Virus record (IMG/VR): IMGVR_UViG_3300001598_000036
Span: 1 to 64,000 of that record
Reading direction: 5' to 3' (one strand)
Source: a virus
Taxonomy: Duplodnaviria > Caudoviricetes
Length of the DNA: 64,000 nt
Shown: one piece after another, positions 34,534-48,838 of the stretch
How the letters are laid out: each line of letters starts with the position of its first letter
How positions within the stretch are numbered: position 1 is the first letter of the stretch
Program-made: the position numbers and the translations under genes
The notes under the pieces: generated by a model
Database searches by the model: none
What the model was told of the DNA's origin: nothing
What the model saw: only the letters and a program-made list of their open reading frames with translations

Positions 34534-34641
34534 TATACTAATTTACGAAAAAAATTACTTTATATTAGAATAATGATATATGTAATATGCGGCCGATATA
34601 TTTGCGGTCGGCCGCAGAATACATATAAAAGGAGGAAATAA

Positions 34642-35640
34642 ATGGCAACTACAATAACTGGTGATTTCATCGGTTTTACATATAATAATATTCATTCTAC
34701 TGAATTTGGTGTTATTAGAACAAGTAATGGAGATAGATATGAAAATTCTTTAATTCCCGATTTTGAAGATCAATCTACACAAATTCCAGGAAAAGATGGA
34801 AGTTATTATTTTAGAACAGATTATTCTACAAAAACTTTTAGTATACCAATAGCTTTTGATACTATTTCAGAAGAAGATTTTAGACGTTTTAATAAACATT
34901 TTGGCGATAAAAAATTACATTATTTAACTTTTGATGAAGCTCCTTATAAATCTTATCATGTAAAAATAGCTTCTGCTCCATCTTTAGAATATTTATGTTT
35001 TGAAGAGGGAAATAATAAAAGAGTATACAAAGGAGAGGGAACTTTAGAGTTTGTTGCTTATGAGCCTTTTGCAATAACTACAATTGGAAATAATGGAGGA
35101 TTTAAAAAATACTTAGACAATTATACAGAAGAAAATAAATTAGAATGAGCTGCAGCAAGTGGTATGCTTGAAACAAAAGGAGATTATGATAAATATAAAT
35201 TAGGTGATACAACTGGAAAAGGATATTTTAAAATTTTAAATCCAGGAGATTTAGATACTCCTTTCGGATTAAAATTAGATTTTGTTGATAATATTATTGA
35301 ACAAACAGAAATTAGTATTTTTAAAAATGGTATAAAAGATAATACGAAAGTTTTAAATATTAATAAAATTAAAAAATCAGATATAACCACTGATGTAGAA
35401 ATTAAAAGTATATATATAGATAGTAGAACTCATTTAATATATGCTTTAGACACTAATGGAAATAATACTAATATTTTATTAAATAAATATATTGGATTAG
35501 GAGATTTTTTTAATTTACCTATTTGTCATCAATCTGATGAAGCAGTAATTTTAAATATTGCTTCAAATACTTCTTGAACTGCTGGAGAAGGTAAAGATAC
35601 TGATAAATGTGTTATAACTTATTTTTATCGTTATTTTTAA
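34642..35640 (+). CDS. distal tail protein (Dit) (TGA=Trp)
   Basis: GFTYNNIHSTEFG..IPGKDGSYY..LTFDE.PYK motifs, directly after the TMP gene. Confidence 0.75.
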
Positions 35641-35652
35641 AGGAGTAAAAAT

Positions 35653-38600
35653 ATGACAGAAAATTACATTAATTTAAAAAAATACGAAATAAGTTTATGA
35701 GAAGATACTATTGCTTTACGCGATGGAGTAGAATTTTTTAAAGAAAATAAACTATTCGTTATAGGTAGTGATGTAATGAATACTCAGAATTCTGTTTTTG
35801 CACCTAAATTAACGAAAAATGTAAATGGTTCTAAAACTTTAGAATTTAGTATTCATTCTAGATATTATAATGAAAGAGATGGTAAAATTATTGATAATCC
35901 TTTTATTAATTATTTAACAAATGAACGAAAAATTAAATTATATTATAAAAATGAATGATATGATTTTTTAATTAAAAATGTTAATGAAGGTTCAGAAGAA
36001 AATACTTTTATTTATTCTTGTGAAGATTTATATATAAATGAATTATCTAAAATTGGTTATAATTTACAATTTAATACTGAATTAGAAAATAATCAAGGTA
36101 GTATTACTCAATTAACAGAAAAAATTATAGCTGATACAGATTGAACTATTAATTATGATAATACTGAAACAATTCAACAAACAAAAGATGAACCTTTATA
36201 TGATTTATTGATTAGTAATATAACAAAAAATGGTCAACAAATTACTACCTTTCCGGCATTTAAAACAACAGATTTAACGTCAACTAATATTACAGTTTCT
36301 TATGAAGGAAGTGTTATAAAAAATCATTTTTATGTTATCTATAGTTCTTCTACAGAAGCAATTCCAGAAGATACTCCTTCTTTAAAATTTTTTCAATTTA
36401 TTTGTAAGGATGGTAGCGATACTTTTGTTACTGACGATGATAGAATTATTACAGATGCTGATGATTTATTTTTAAGAAATGTTAAAGTAGAAAAAAATAG
36501 TGAAACAAAAGTATTAACTAAATTATCTTGAACTACAGATAATAATGATAAATATATTATTACTTTTAACACTAATAGTCCTGGTTTAATTTATAATCTT
36601 AAAGGGCGTCGTCTAGTACGTAATCAATTATCTACTTTTGATACTGTAGCGAATCGTATGGTTAATATATATGATAAGTCTGAAAATGATACTACTAGTT
36701 ATAAATCATGTGCAGATACTTATTCAGAAGTATCTATTACGATTGATGCTTTTAATATAAATAAAACTAGATATTGAATTAAAGAAGGAAATAATTATAT
36801 TCAATGCACAGAAAGTAGTATTTTTGATAATACAAAAACTTATTATATTAAAATAATTATAGAATATAATAAAGAATGAGATTATTATATTTTACAAAGT
36901 GGGCAATATATAAAACAACAAAAAACTAATCCTACTGAATCTAATTATATAAATAAAACAATTTATGATTCAAATAGGAATATATATCTATATAAAATTA
37001 TTTATTATGGATATACCGAATCTGATTATGTTTCTCCTATTATTTTAGGAGATTTATTAGGTAATGATGATTGTTTATTAGCTTTAGATAATGCTCAAGG
37101 AAGAAAAATTGGTATAACTTCAATTAGTGGATGACAACCTGTATCAGGAGATACCGTAGAACAAAATATGTATCCTCAATATGATTACGGAAGTGGAAAT
37201 TTAATTAATTGATCTCCAACTACTGGCTCTATAATTTTTCATCCACATGAATCAAATTCACCAATATTGAATAGTAAGGTAACTGGAAATAGTATTTTTT
37301 CTACTTACCAAAAAAGTCATAAATTAACTTTACGATTAAATTTATATAAAGCTGATAGTTATACGGTTGAAACTGCTAATAGAGATGATTATATTACTTC
37401 AGAAAACCCAGTTCCAACTCAAAAATGATATAAATATGGAGATAAAATAGATTTATCCTCTTCTAATATTTTTTCTGCATATATTGGATATTATAGAATT
37501 AATGAATATGGAGCAATTATAGAAGAAGATAAAGAAAAATTATATACTTTTAATAATTTTAGATCTGGTAATGATGGATTATATTATGCAGATGCAGAAT
37601 GTACAACTTCTTTATCAGAAGAATGAGTTAAAGAAATGATGTCTGGTTTAACAGATAGTCTTCAAATTGGATTTTTTATTAAAATAGCAGGAAATGATTA
37701 TTATTTATCAGATGCTATGCAGTTATACGAATATCAGACAATGGATGGTAATCAAATATATCCAGGACAAACACCAGAAGCTAAATCGATTACTTGATAT
37801 TGTTATTATCCTTATGACGCAACAATTAAAGAAGAAAAAGATATAGTTTTAGAATATCGAAAGACAGAAGACTCAAATAGTTATATACCTAGATATAGTA
37901 CTTTTTATGAAAAAGTCAGAAGTATTGAAGGTTCAGAATCAAACTGTTTTAATTTAATTCAAACTTTATGTGAAACTTTTGAATGTTGAGCTAGATTTAC
38001 AGTTTGACATAATCCAGAAACTGGAGAAGTAGATAGAGATATAAATAATGAATATATTCATCCTAATAAACAAATAAGTTTTCATAAATATGTAGGAAAA
38101 GATAATGATGTTGGATTTATTTATGGAATAAATTTACAATCTATTGAAAGAACATTGGCTACAGATGAAATAGTTACTAAATTAATAGTAAAAGAAAATA
38201 CTAATGATTATGCAACTGATGGATATTGTACTATCGCGCGTAGTGAAGCAAATCCTACAAAACAAAACTTTATTTTTAATTTTGATTATTATACAAATAA
38301 AAATTTATTAAATGGAACTCAAGTATATAATGATTTATATAAAGAATATGGAGATTATTATTTAGGATATTATCCTAAAATGAAAAAAATATCTAATGAA
38401 GAATTATCATTAATAAATCAATTAGCTAATATAAATATTGATATGATTTCATTAGAAGCTAATTTAGAATCTTCTTATACGATATATAATAGTGCTTTTG
38501 AAACCTATTCCTCTTTTCAAAATGATTTAATGGTTCAACACGGAATTTCTTATGAACAATTAAAAGATACTTCAACAATCGAAGGAGAGAAAAAAACTGA

Positions 38601-41600
38601 AATACAAACTTTATTAAAAACCGATACTTCTTTTAGACAAAGATTATCAGAAGTAGAAACTGCTTATCAAAAATATTTAATATACAAAGGCAGATATGAA
38701 AATTATCATACTTCTCGTGTTTCATTAAAAGAAAAGTTATTTAGCACAGAAGATAGTTTAAAAACTATTTCTTCACAAAAAAGTGCATTAAATAAAGAAT
38801 TATTTGAAAAATATTCTCGTTATATTCAAGAAGGAACTTGAAATGATGATAGTTATATGGATGATACTTTATACTATTATGACGCTGAAGCACTATTATA
38901 TGATTCAGCATATCCTAAAGTTGAGTATAATATTAATGTAATAGATATTAGAGAAATAGACGGTTATGAATGTTATGATTTTGATGTAGGAGATAAAACT
39001 TTTATACAAGATACAGAATTTTTTGGTTATATCAGTAGAAATGATAATGAACCTTATACTCCTAGAAAACAAGAAGTAATTGTTTCAGAAATTACTTGGA
39101 ATCTTGATAATCCTATAGATAATTCAATAACAGTTCAAAATTATAAATCTCAATTTGAAGATTTATTTCAGCGTATAACTGCTACAGTTCAATCAGTAGA
39201 TTATTCTACTGGACAATATGATAGAGCTGCAGCTACTGTAGTAAATGGAACTTTTGATTTAGGAGTATTTCAAGAAACTTTAGATGAAAATTCTATTAGT
39301 ATTATAAATCCTAAAAATAAAGCTGTAATTTTTGATGAACATGGTATTACTTTACGAGATTTAAATGATCCAACAAATTTTGTTAGATTAACTAGTGGAG
39401 GAATTTATACTAGCGCAGATAGTGGTAATACTTGAGGAGCAGCAATTACTGGTAATGGTATTAATACTAATATGCTTACTAGTGGTAATATTAATACTGA
39501 TAATATTACAATTGGCGGAATAAAAAATTATACTTTTTCTTGAGATAAAAAAGGATTAAGCGCTTATGACTTTAATGAATTTTCTAAACAAGAAGATTTA
39601 ACTGAAGCGCAATTTAATGCTAATAAAACTTTATATTATATAAAAAGAAAAGAACATAATTATGAACGTTGTACTATAGAAAGTATTTTTAGTAGCACTG
39701 AAACTTATTATATTAAAACCGATGATATTTGTGAAGTAAATTATAATAAATTTGTTCGCTTTGATAAATATGGCTTATATGGTATTAAAAATATTAATAC
39801 TTCAAAATGAACTCCTAGTTCTATTAATGAAATTAAGAAAAAAGGATATTTTGGAATAACTTGAGATGGATTTTTTATACGTAGTTCTCATTTATCTGGC
39901 GGCCGAGTAGAAATTACTGACGAAGAAGATATTAAAGTTTATGATAAATTTGATACACCAAGAGTCGAAATCGGTTTGATTGGGGAAGATACTTCTTTAA
40001 ATAATGTATATGGAATAGTACTTCGTAAAGAAGCTGTCCCTGGAGAAGATAATAGAATTTTTTATACAGATAATGAAGGTAATTTAACAATTACTGGAAT
40101 TATTCATGCTACTGGTGGAAAAATAGCTGGATTTAATATTATAGGAGAAACTTTACAAGCCACTAATGATAATAATACAGTATTATTAAGTCCATCAGAA
40201 ATTATACTTGGTAAAACTGGAAGTCCTAGTTTTAGAGTTGCTGCTGATGGTTCTTTAACTGCGACTAATGGTAATTTTAGTGGTAAAATTACTACTTCTG
40301 TATTAGAAGCTGCTACTACTCGAATGGTCGGCGGCGCCATGATTTATAAAACTGCAGAAATTATTGATAAAATTACTGAAGCAATTGTTGAATTAAAGAG
40401 CAAAGATTATAGTCATTTTTCTGTTGGAGATAGAGTTTGTATTGTTGAATCGGATAAAACTTATGGCAGTAGTGAAGCTGAAGATTTAACAGTATATAGT
40501 ATTATTGCAAAAACAGCTACTTCTATTACGTTAAATGCGGCACCATCATATTCTAGCAATAAAGATTGTTTATTAGTTTATATAGGTAGCGCGCAAGATG
40601 CATCAAACAATAAATGAGATTGATTGATTGCTACTAATTCTACTAAAAATAGAAGAAACTTTAATAGTTTACCAAATGCAATTACTTTTAATGAAGTTAA
40701 AGTAGAAAATGATAAATTAAAATTAAATCCTAATGTTATTATTGGTGATTTATCTGAGTTAGGATTAAATTTATCTAATGGGTTATACGCAGAAAATGCT
40801 TATTTAACTGGTTCATTTTATGCTAATCAAAATAGTACTGATGCTTCTATGAAATTAGATAAAACTGGATTTAATTTAGGAAATACTTTAACTTATAATA
40901 CTACTACTAAAGAATTAGATATTAATGCTCATTCAATTAAAATTGGAGGAGTGCCTATTGGTTCAGGTAGTACAGTAGAAGATTATAATGCTTATTATAT
41001 ATTAACTTCTGGAGAGCCTACAAAAAATAATACTACTTTAGATAGTAATAATAAACCTGTATCAGATGGAAGTTATAGAGGATATAAAGGAAGTATTTGA
41101 AATACTGAAATGCCGAAAGCTTCTGATATTATGAATGCTTATGCTGGAGATACTACTTCAGAGCCACCAGAACTACCTTGTCAATTATATATAGTTAATG
41201 TTAATAAATTAGCTGATGGTTCTTATTATTTAATGACTCCTAAATTAGTAGGATCTAAAATAGAAATTTCAGGAGTATCTACTTTTAAAGGGTTGGCCGC
41301 AGATCATGGTGAGACTACGATTTTAGGCGGTTATATTAAAGGAACTAATTTAGAATTAGGAGGTAGTAATTCTGGTAGCGGTTCTATTATTATTAAAGAT
41401 TGAAAAGATAGAACTAAAATTCAATTATCAGCAGGCTCTGAAAGTTCTATAGGATATTCTTTTAATCTTGGAAACGCATTAACTTATAGAACTATTGATA
41501 GTGAAACTGATAATGATATATTAGATATTAGTGCAAATACTATTAATATTGGTAAAAAAACATTAAATCAATACATTAATGATAGTACGCAAAAACAGTT

Positions 41601-42039
41601 TGTTTATGTTAGATATGCATCTACTGATAATCCACAAAGTTTAGAAGATATATACTTAGTTCCTAATCCAGATTGAAAGGCTTGATTTATTGCTATTTTA
41701 CAATCTAATAGTAGTGTAGAACCTAATAATGTAGATAGTTATAATGGATTATGAACTAGATTAAAAAATTATAATGATACTGTAATATATATAACTTCTT
41801 CTAAAGGAACTAATTTTATTAAAGAAAATATAGATACTATATTAACTGCTCATGTATTAAAATACATAGGACAAGAAAATACTACTGAATTAACAATTAA
41901 TCAAATAGGAACATTAGGACAATTAAATTGATATTTAAACAATATAAAAATAAAAGAAAATACAAATACATTAACTGTTGTAGATGAAACTACAGGGAAT
42001 AATACTCTAAATTATATTGTTAAATTAGAGGATAATTAA
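35653..42039 (+). CDS. Tal/baseplate hub-central fibre protein, about 2128 aa (TGA=Trp)
   Basis: NGSKTLEF, YGINLQSIERT, PKVEYNINVID and ITGNGINT motifs. Seven track fragments lie in one frame. Confidence 0.75.
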
Positions 42040-42050
42040 AGGAGGAAAAT

Positions 42051-44462
42051 ATGACTACTATTAATGTTGGTAAAATTAAACCAATACGTGAAGTCGATTA
42101 TTGAACTGAAGAGGATAAAGGAGAGATTTTTAGCGATGTTACAGAATACATGGAAGATCCTTTACATATAGAAACATTTAGAGGACGTCCAGCTCAAATG
42201 CAATTTACAGATGCGGTTACTGGAGAGCCAGGAAGTCAAGTAATAGTTCAAAATTTAGGAACTGAAACACAACCTATTTTAAAATTAACTATACCTCAAG
42301 GATTAAAAGGAGAAACAGGAGATCCTTTTACTATTGATTATGTATATCATTCTATAGCAGAAATGAAAGCAGATACTAGAGAAATTCCCAATGGAAAATT
42401 TGCTATTATAGGAACTAATGAGGAATCAGTAGAAAATGGTATGTTATTCTGTAGAGATAATACTATATCCGATCCAGATTATGGTAAATGAGTATTTATT
42501 GCTGATATATCTGGCGCGCAAGGTATTCAAGGCCCGAAAGGAACTATGGAAGTTATTTCTACAGAAACTATTACTCCTGGAAGTCCCGCTAGTGTAGTTG
42601 ATGTTTCAGAAGAAGAAGGACATGCAAAATTAAAATTTTATATTCCTAAAGGTGAAAAAGGAGATCAAGGAAATGCAGGAGAAATTATTTCCGCAACTGC
42701 TTCTACTTTAGAACCTGGTAGTCCAGTTGAAATTGAATTAGGCGGAACTACTTCACAAAGAACAATGAATTTTAAAATTCCACAAGGTATCCAAGGAGAA
42801 GCCGGAGAAATTCTTAGTGCTACTGCGACCAAAATAGCACCAGATCAAAATCCTGAAATAGTACTCGGTGGAACTACTTCTCAAAGAACAATGGAATTTA
42901 AAATTCCTCAAGGTATTAAAGGAGATACTGGTCCTTTACCTACTATTTCTATTGATGGAACTACTACAACTACAGAAGAGCCTCAGGTTGAATGAATTGA
43001 AACTGCTACTGGTGGAAAATTACACTTTTGATTAAAAACTGGTCCGAAAGGAGATAAAGGAGATACTGGTAATGGATTTGTATTACATGGATTAGTTGCG
43101 ACTCCTGAAGAATTACCAGAAACAGGAAAAGATGGTGATGCTTGGGCAGTAGGTACAAAAGATTCGAATGAAATTTATATTTGAGATATAAAAGCAATTC
43201 CTAATCAATGAAGAAATATTGGCACTATGAGCAGTACTTGGAATAGTATTACTGGAAAACCTGATACTTTTCCTCCTTCTAGTCATAGTCATACAATTAT
43301 AGATTTACAAGATTCAGAAAATCCATATCATATTAAAAATTTAAAAGTAGCGCAAAATCAAATAGATAATTTTTCAAGTCATACACATATAAAAAATCAA
43401 ATTACTGATTTCGCACACAGTCATGCTAAAGGAGATATTGTTGATTTTAATCAACACGAACATACTATTTCACAAATTACTGATTTAAATACTCAATATT
43501 ATACTAAATCTGAAGTATATTCTAAAGAAGAATCAGATACTAATTATTATAATAAAGAATATTTATATACAAAATTGGAATTAGATGCAAAAATTCCTAC
43601 AGCAGAAAAAATGAAAGAGTGAGATGAAAAATCTAAGTTAACAGAAGGAACTGATTATTTAAATCCAACTCATATTCAAACAATTAATAATTTAACAAAT
43701 TATTATACTTCTACTCAAACAGATGCTGCAATTGCTTACGCTATTTCTCAAATACCTAAATTTAGTATATTAGTAGTAGATGTATTACCTAGTTTAAAAG
43801 ATGCTAGTATGACTACTTTTTATTTGCTTAAAGTTGTTGATACTTCTGGTAAAACCAGTTATGATGAATATATATGTGTTAAATTTTATACAGAACAACA
43901 AAAAACAGATTCAACTAAAACTGATACATATATTAATGAATCAATTTTTAATAGTAGTAAAACTTTATATGCTATAAAAGTAGGAGATAATTATCAAGAT
44001 TGTACTGAAGAAAGCATTTATGATCCTGGTAGTACAATATATTATAAAAATAGAAAATGAGAAAAAATTGGTAATTTATCTATTGATTTAAGTGGATATG
44101 CTACAGAAGATTGAGTGAGAAATCAAGGATATGCTTTACAAAGTGATTTAAATGAAAGTAAAACTAGAATTACTACGTTAGAAACTGAAACATGTGTTAC
44201 AAAAATACTTAAAAATTATTCTGTAGATTATACAAAATGAAATACCAGTACTACATACGCGGAATATCCTTGATATTATTCAGTCCCATTTGAGGGATGT
44301 ACTACTGATTACTATCCAGAAGTTATTTTTGATATTAATAATGATATGAGACTTTTAGCTCCTGTATCAACAACTGGAACAAATGTTGTTTATATTTATG
44401 CTAGCGAAAAACCAACTATAAATATACCAATTTCAGTAGTAAAAATTTGAAAGATGAGATAA
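42051..44462 (+). CDS. collagen-like tail fibre protein (TGA=Trp)
   Basis: Short Gly-X-Y runs (IPQGIQGE, GEKGDQG) and H-x-H..I.D repeats in one frame. Confidence 0.7.
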
Positions 44463-44474
44463 AAGGAGTAAAAT

Positions 44475-47393
44475 ATGAATCAAATTTTAGCAACAGGAAG
44501 TATAGTTCTTACAAGAACAGATGGAACTATTACTTATGCGCATATAAGATATTCTCCTAATGCCGATGGGAGCAATATGACAGAGAAACCAAATGACGCA
44601 ACTCGATATATAGGAGTATGTTATAATTCTTCTTCTGAACCTCCTACAGATAAAAATAATTATACTTGAAGTTTAATAAAAGGTAGTAATGGAGAAGACC
44701 CAAAAGAAATTGAAAAATCAGCACCAATATATAAAATATTAGATAAATTTAAAACCATATCTGTATCGGCTTCAGATTGATCTACTAAATATAGTAGATA
44801 TTATATATTAGAAAATAATAGATATAGACAATGTACTATTAATGATGCATGAAGCTCTATTGAAACTTATTACATTATAGATACAGAAGCTCCTATTGCG
44901 CCCACTACAGAAGTTAAAGCTAATAGTCCAGTAGATGGATGAAGTTTAGAAATTCCTACTTATATATATGGTAAACAATATTGAGTATGTTTACAAACAG
45001 TATTCCAAAGTTCTGGAAGTATACCTAATACTGATGACTCTATTACTGGCATGTATTTAGATGAAAATTCTGATACTATAGTTAATACTATAGATGATGA
45101 AAGTATAATAGATAGAACATATTTTGATGCTAATGGTAATTTAATTATTGAATTAAAGGAAGGAGAATATGGAAAACATGAAGACCCAAATGATAATGAA
45201 TATATTAATTCTTCTTATGTAGATGATAATGGACAATTAGTATTAGTTTTAAATAAGTCAGAGATTCCTATATATGAAGATGTGATATGAAGTGAAGTAG
45301 TATTACACGATGGATTAAATGAAGCTAATGAAAAAGCAGCTCTTGCAAAAGATACTTCAGATGATGCTTATACAATGGCAAATGGTTCAGTTGATAAAAT
45401 TATTTATTGATACTGCGCCGCCACTTATGGAGATAATGAAAAATCACCTCGCGCGCCAAATAATACAGCAGGATGATTTAAAGATCCATCTAAAACAGAT
45501 TTTGGTAAACAGATTAAGATTAATAATGAAGTTCAAAAATATAATTATTTGTGAATATATCCTGTTTATTATTATAGAAATGGTACTAATTCAAATGGAA
45601 TTAATCCAAGTACTAGTACAGAATTAAGTAATGATAAAATACAAATTTATGCATCGGTTAGTAATACTATGCTTGGGTTATGAACTTTTTTAGCTGGAGA
45701 TTCTATAGGTGAAGGAGCTACTACTATTAACGGAGGAAATATTACTGCTAATAGTATTACTGCAACTGAAATAGGAACTTTTGGTAATTTTACGATAGAT
45801 ACTGATTCTATACACAATCCATCCACTAAGAATACTTTTGATAATAATGAAGAAGGAATTTATATTAGTGGAACTAATGGAATTAAATTAAATGCTCCAA
45901 ATAATATAGAATTTTCAGTAAATTCTTCTACTGGATTATTAACGGCTAATAATGCTAATATTATAGGAAATTTATATGCAGATAAAGGATATATTGGTGG
46001 AAATAATGGATTCATAATTGATACAAATAAAATATATAGAAATAAATCTACATTAAAAAGTAGTGATGGTGGTATTTATTTAGGAACAGATGGTATTAGT
46101 GTTACTACTAGTGGTACATATTCTTATAATAATATTAGTGGATATAGTAGTAAAAGTTTTATAAAAGATGGAGATTATTATAAATCTAATTTTACTTCTA
46201 ATTCTACAGATTTTACAATAGGAAAAATTTCTTTATCGGAAATATCTAGTGGTGATATAATTACAGTTTTTTATGAAATTTGTGGAGATAGTAATAGCAC
46301 TGCTATTTTTGGTAATTTAGGAGTTAATAGTGGAACTGGTAATAATACAATAAAAACTAATACTACTATTGATAGTACCCAAATTTGTACTCAAGTAAAT
46401 TGTAGTTCTGGAGGAAGTGTTAAAACTGGTCAAATATCTTATACCGCTGTTGAAAATGCTAATTATAATTTTTTTATAGTAAAAATAGTAGGAAATAAGA
46501 ATTCATATGTAAAGTTTACTTTATCTGTTGGAGTTACAAATCAAGAATATACTACAACAATTACTAATGGGATACTTTATACTAATAAAATAATTGCTAC
46601 TGATTGCGAATTTAGTGGTAATATTAATGTTAACAATGGAGTGTTTAAAGTTGATTCCGCGGGTAATTTAGTTGCACAAAAAGCCACTATTACTGGAACT
46701 GTTAATGCTACCAATGGAGTCTTTAATAATTGTACTATTGGAAATAGTTGTACGATTAATGGTGATATAACAGCAAATCAAATTACTAGTGGAACTTTAA
46801 ATTGTGGTAATTTAACAATTAGTAATTTAACTGCGGATGATATTAAAAGTGGAACATTAGATTTAACAGAAGGAATTGCTATTGGAGGGAAAAACTGCGC
46901 TACTACTATTAATCAAAATTCAATTGTTTTTGATAATGGTTCATCTTATACCGGAATAGGAGTATCTGGATTACAAGCTAGTATTAGAAAATGATCTAGT
47001 GTTACCATTAGTGATGGTGGAAGTAATGCAACATCTAACCCTCATATACTAGCTTTTCAAAGTTTCGGACCTATTATATTTATCAGAATATATGCTACTT
47101 TTAATAAAAATAGTTATAGTGCTTCTACATGATATCATGTAGCTACTATAAAAAATGCTCCTTTACCAAATACTACTTATTATAGTTGTACTAAAAGTGG
47201 AACAAGAATAATGAGATATTATATTAATTCATCAGGACAAATTTATGCTAGTCCTTCTGGAAGTGGTTATACTACTAAAAAAGCCGTTACTAAATATGCA
47301 AATTTTTGATATTTTTCTAATGATATAGCTTCTAAATATCCAATATCCTTTGATGACGGAGAAGAAGATGATGATGATGATGAAACAGAATAA
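44475..47393 (+). CDS. tail fibre/host-recognition protein (TGA=Trp)
   Basis: YAHIRYS...YIG...YTWSLIKG module, beta-rich repeats and an acidic tail. Confidence 0.65.
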
Positions 47394-47485
47394 TATATAG
47401 TCAAAACTATTCTAACCCAAACCTCTATACTGTTCTCTCTCAAACGCCACTTATAAAAGGAATAAAAAAAAGGAGGAATTAATAT

Positions 47486-47818
47486 ATGTTAGCACGCGGA
47501 AACACTTGTTTCAAAGCAATTCCTATTCCAGATTTCGATGCTACAATTGAAACACTCTACGTAACTTTTGTCCAAAATGATTATGTAGTACTCGAAAAAA
47601 ATCTAAATGATGTAACATTTGATAAGCTGGAAACAGACACAAATCACGTTATTGTACGTTTAGTACAAAGTGAAACATTAAAATTTAAATATACTGGAAT
47701 TCCTTCTAAAGATGCAATAAAAGTACAATTACGTCTTAGGACTGATGATAACGAAGCATATAGTAGTTCGATAATGGTAGAACAATTATATGATGCATTA
47801 AAAGGAGGATTAGTATAA
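47486..47818 (+). CDS. hypothetical tail/baseplate protein
   Basis: Intact ORF with strong RBS; first gene after a candidate late promoter. Confidence 0.65.
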   Translation: MLARGNTCFKAIPIPDFDATIETLYVTFVQNDYVVLEKNLNDVTFDKLETDTNHVIVRLVQSETLKFKYTGIPSKDAIKVQLRLRTDDNEAYSSSIMVEQLYDALKGGLV

Positions 47819-47982
47819 TGGCTAGTGAAATTACTTTTGATAAAAATAGTCACGTATTTCAAACATATATGAAAAACGGAACATACAATCCTGTTGGTGA
47901 TATGATAGTTTATGATGGCGGTTCTGTAACCGATGAAGGACCGGAAGATATTTACGATGGCGGCAGCGTCACTGATGAATAA
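47818..47982 (+). CDS. small acidic protein with duplicated YDGGSVTDE
   Basis: 54-aa coupled ORF. Confidence 0.6.
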   Translation: MASEITFDKNSHVFQTYMKNGTYNPVGDMIVYDGGSVTDEGPEDIYDGGSVTDE

Positions 47983-47992
47983 GGAGGAATAA

Positions 47993-48373
47993 ATGGCTAC
48001 AAAAGTTATTAAAGCGACTCTACGTTTTAAAAGAGGTACCGCCGCAGAGTGAATAACTATTAATCCAGTTCTCAAATTAGGAGAACCTGGATATGTAACT
48101 GACTTAAACAAATTAAAAGTTGGTAATGGTCAAGATGTTTGGACTGAATTACCATATTTAGCTGGTGGTGGAACCGAATCAATCGCGGCAGATAATAAAT
48201 CACTTGAAATTTATTTAAATGATGATACACCTACGCTTCGTATAAAAGATTTTAACGAAGCTGAAGCAGGAGAAATCCCGCAGAAAACAGTTGGCGGAAG
48301 CATCGAATGGGTAAACATAAGTGATTTTATGGGAACTATTAGCGAAACTGAGATTCGCGAAATTTGTCAATAA
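47993..48373 (+). CDS. Mtd_N/hyaluronidase-N-like domain protein (TGA=Trp)
   Basis: RGTAAEW..NPVL..GEPG..TD..KLKVGNG...WTELPY. Confidence 0.8.
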
Positions 48374-48394
48374 CCAAAAGGAGATAATGCAAAA

Positions 48395-48802
48395 ATGGCT
48401 GAGAAATTTTTGAACAAAGAAGGATTATCTACCCTTTGGTCGATAATCAAAGAAAAAGACCTTAAATTAGAAGGCGATATTAAACAGATTGTAAATCTTG
48501 GTTATTTTTATGAGAATGAATTCTATACTGACCAAGAACATTTACATAAATATGTACCTTATTCGTATAAATTATATATTGAGATTAGTACTCACGTAGT
48601 TTATGCGTATATAAATAATCAATACGTAGCAGTAGGCTCTATGCCTGGGCAGGCAGATGAAACTCATGCTGGTATTGCTAAATTATATGACGCGAAAGGT
48701 GCTAATACTGATGGATCAATGACACAAAAAAGTGTTACTAATTATATCAATGATAAAGTAGGCGCAGAAATTCAAGAAGAACTTCTCGTCTTAACACGTT
48801 AA
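48395..48802 (+). CDS. tail fibre-associated protein
   Basis: AGIAKLYD..G.NTDGSMTQK motif seen in phage fibre proteins. Confidence 0.55.
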   Translation: MAEKFLNKEGLSTLWSIIKEKDLKLEGDIKQIVNLGYFYENEFYTDQEHLHKYVPYSYKLYIEISTHVVYAYINNQYVAVGSMPGQADETHAGIAKLYDAKGANTDGSMTQKSVTNYINDKVGAEIQEELLVLTR

Positions 48803-48838
48803 TACTTTAAAAAATTTTTTAAGGAGATTAAATTAATT

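Noticed and set aside
45319-45627. 102-aa plus-strand ORF
   Set aside because: Alternative frame inside the recoded gene 44475-47393.
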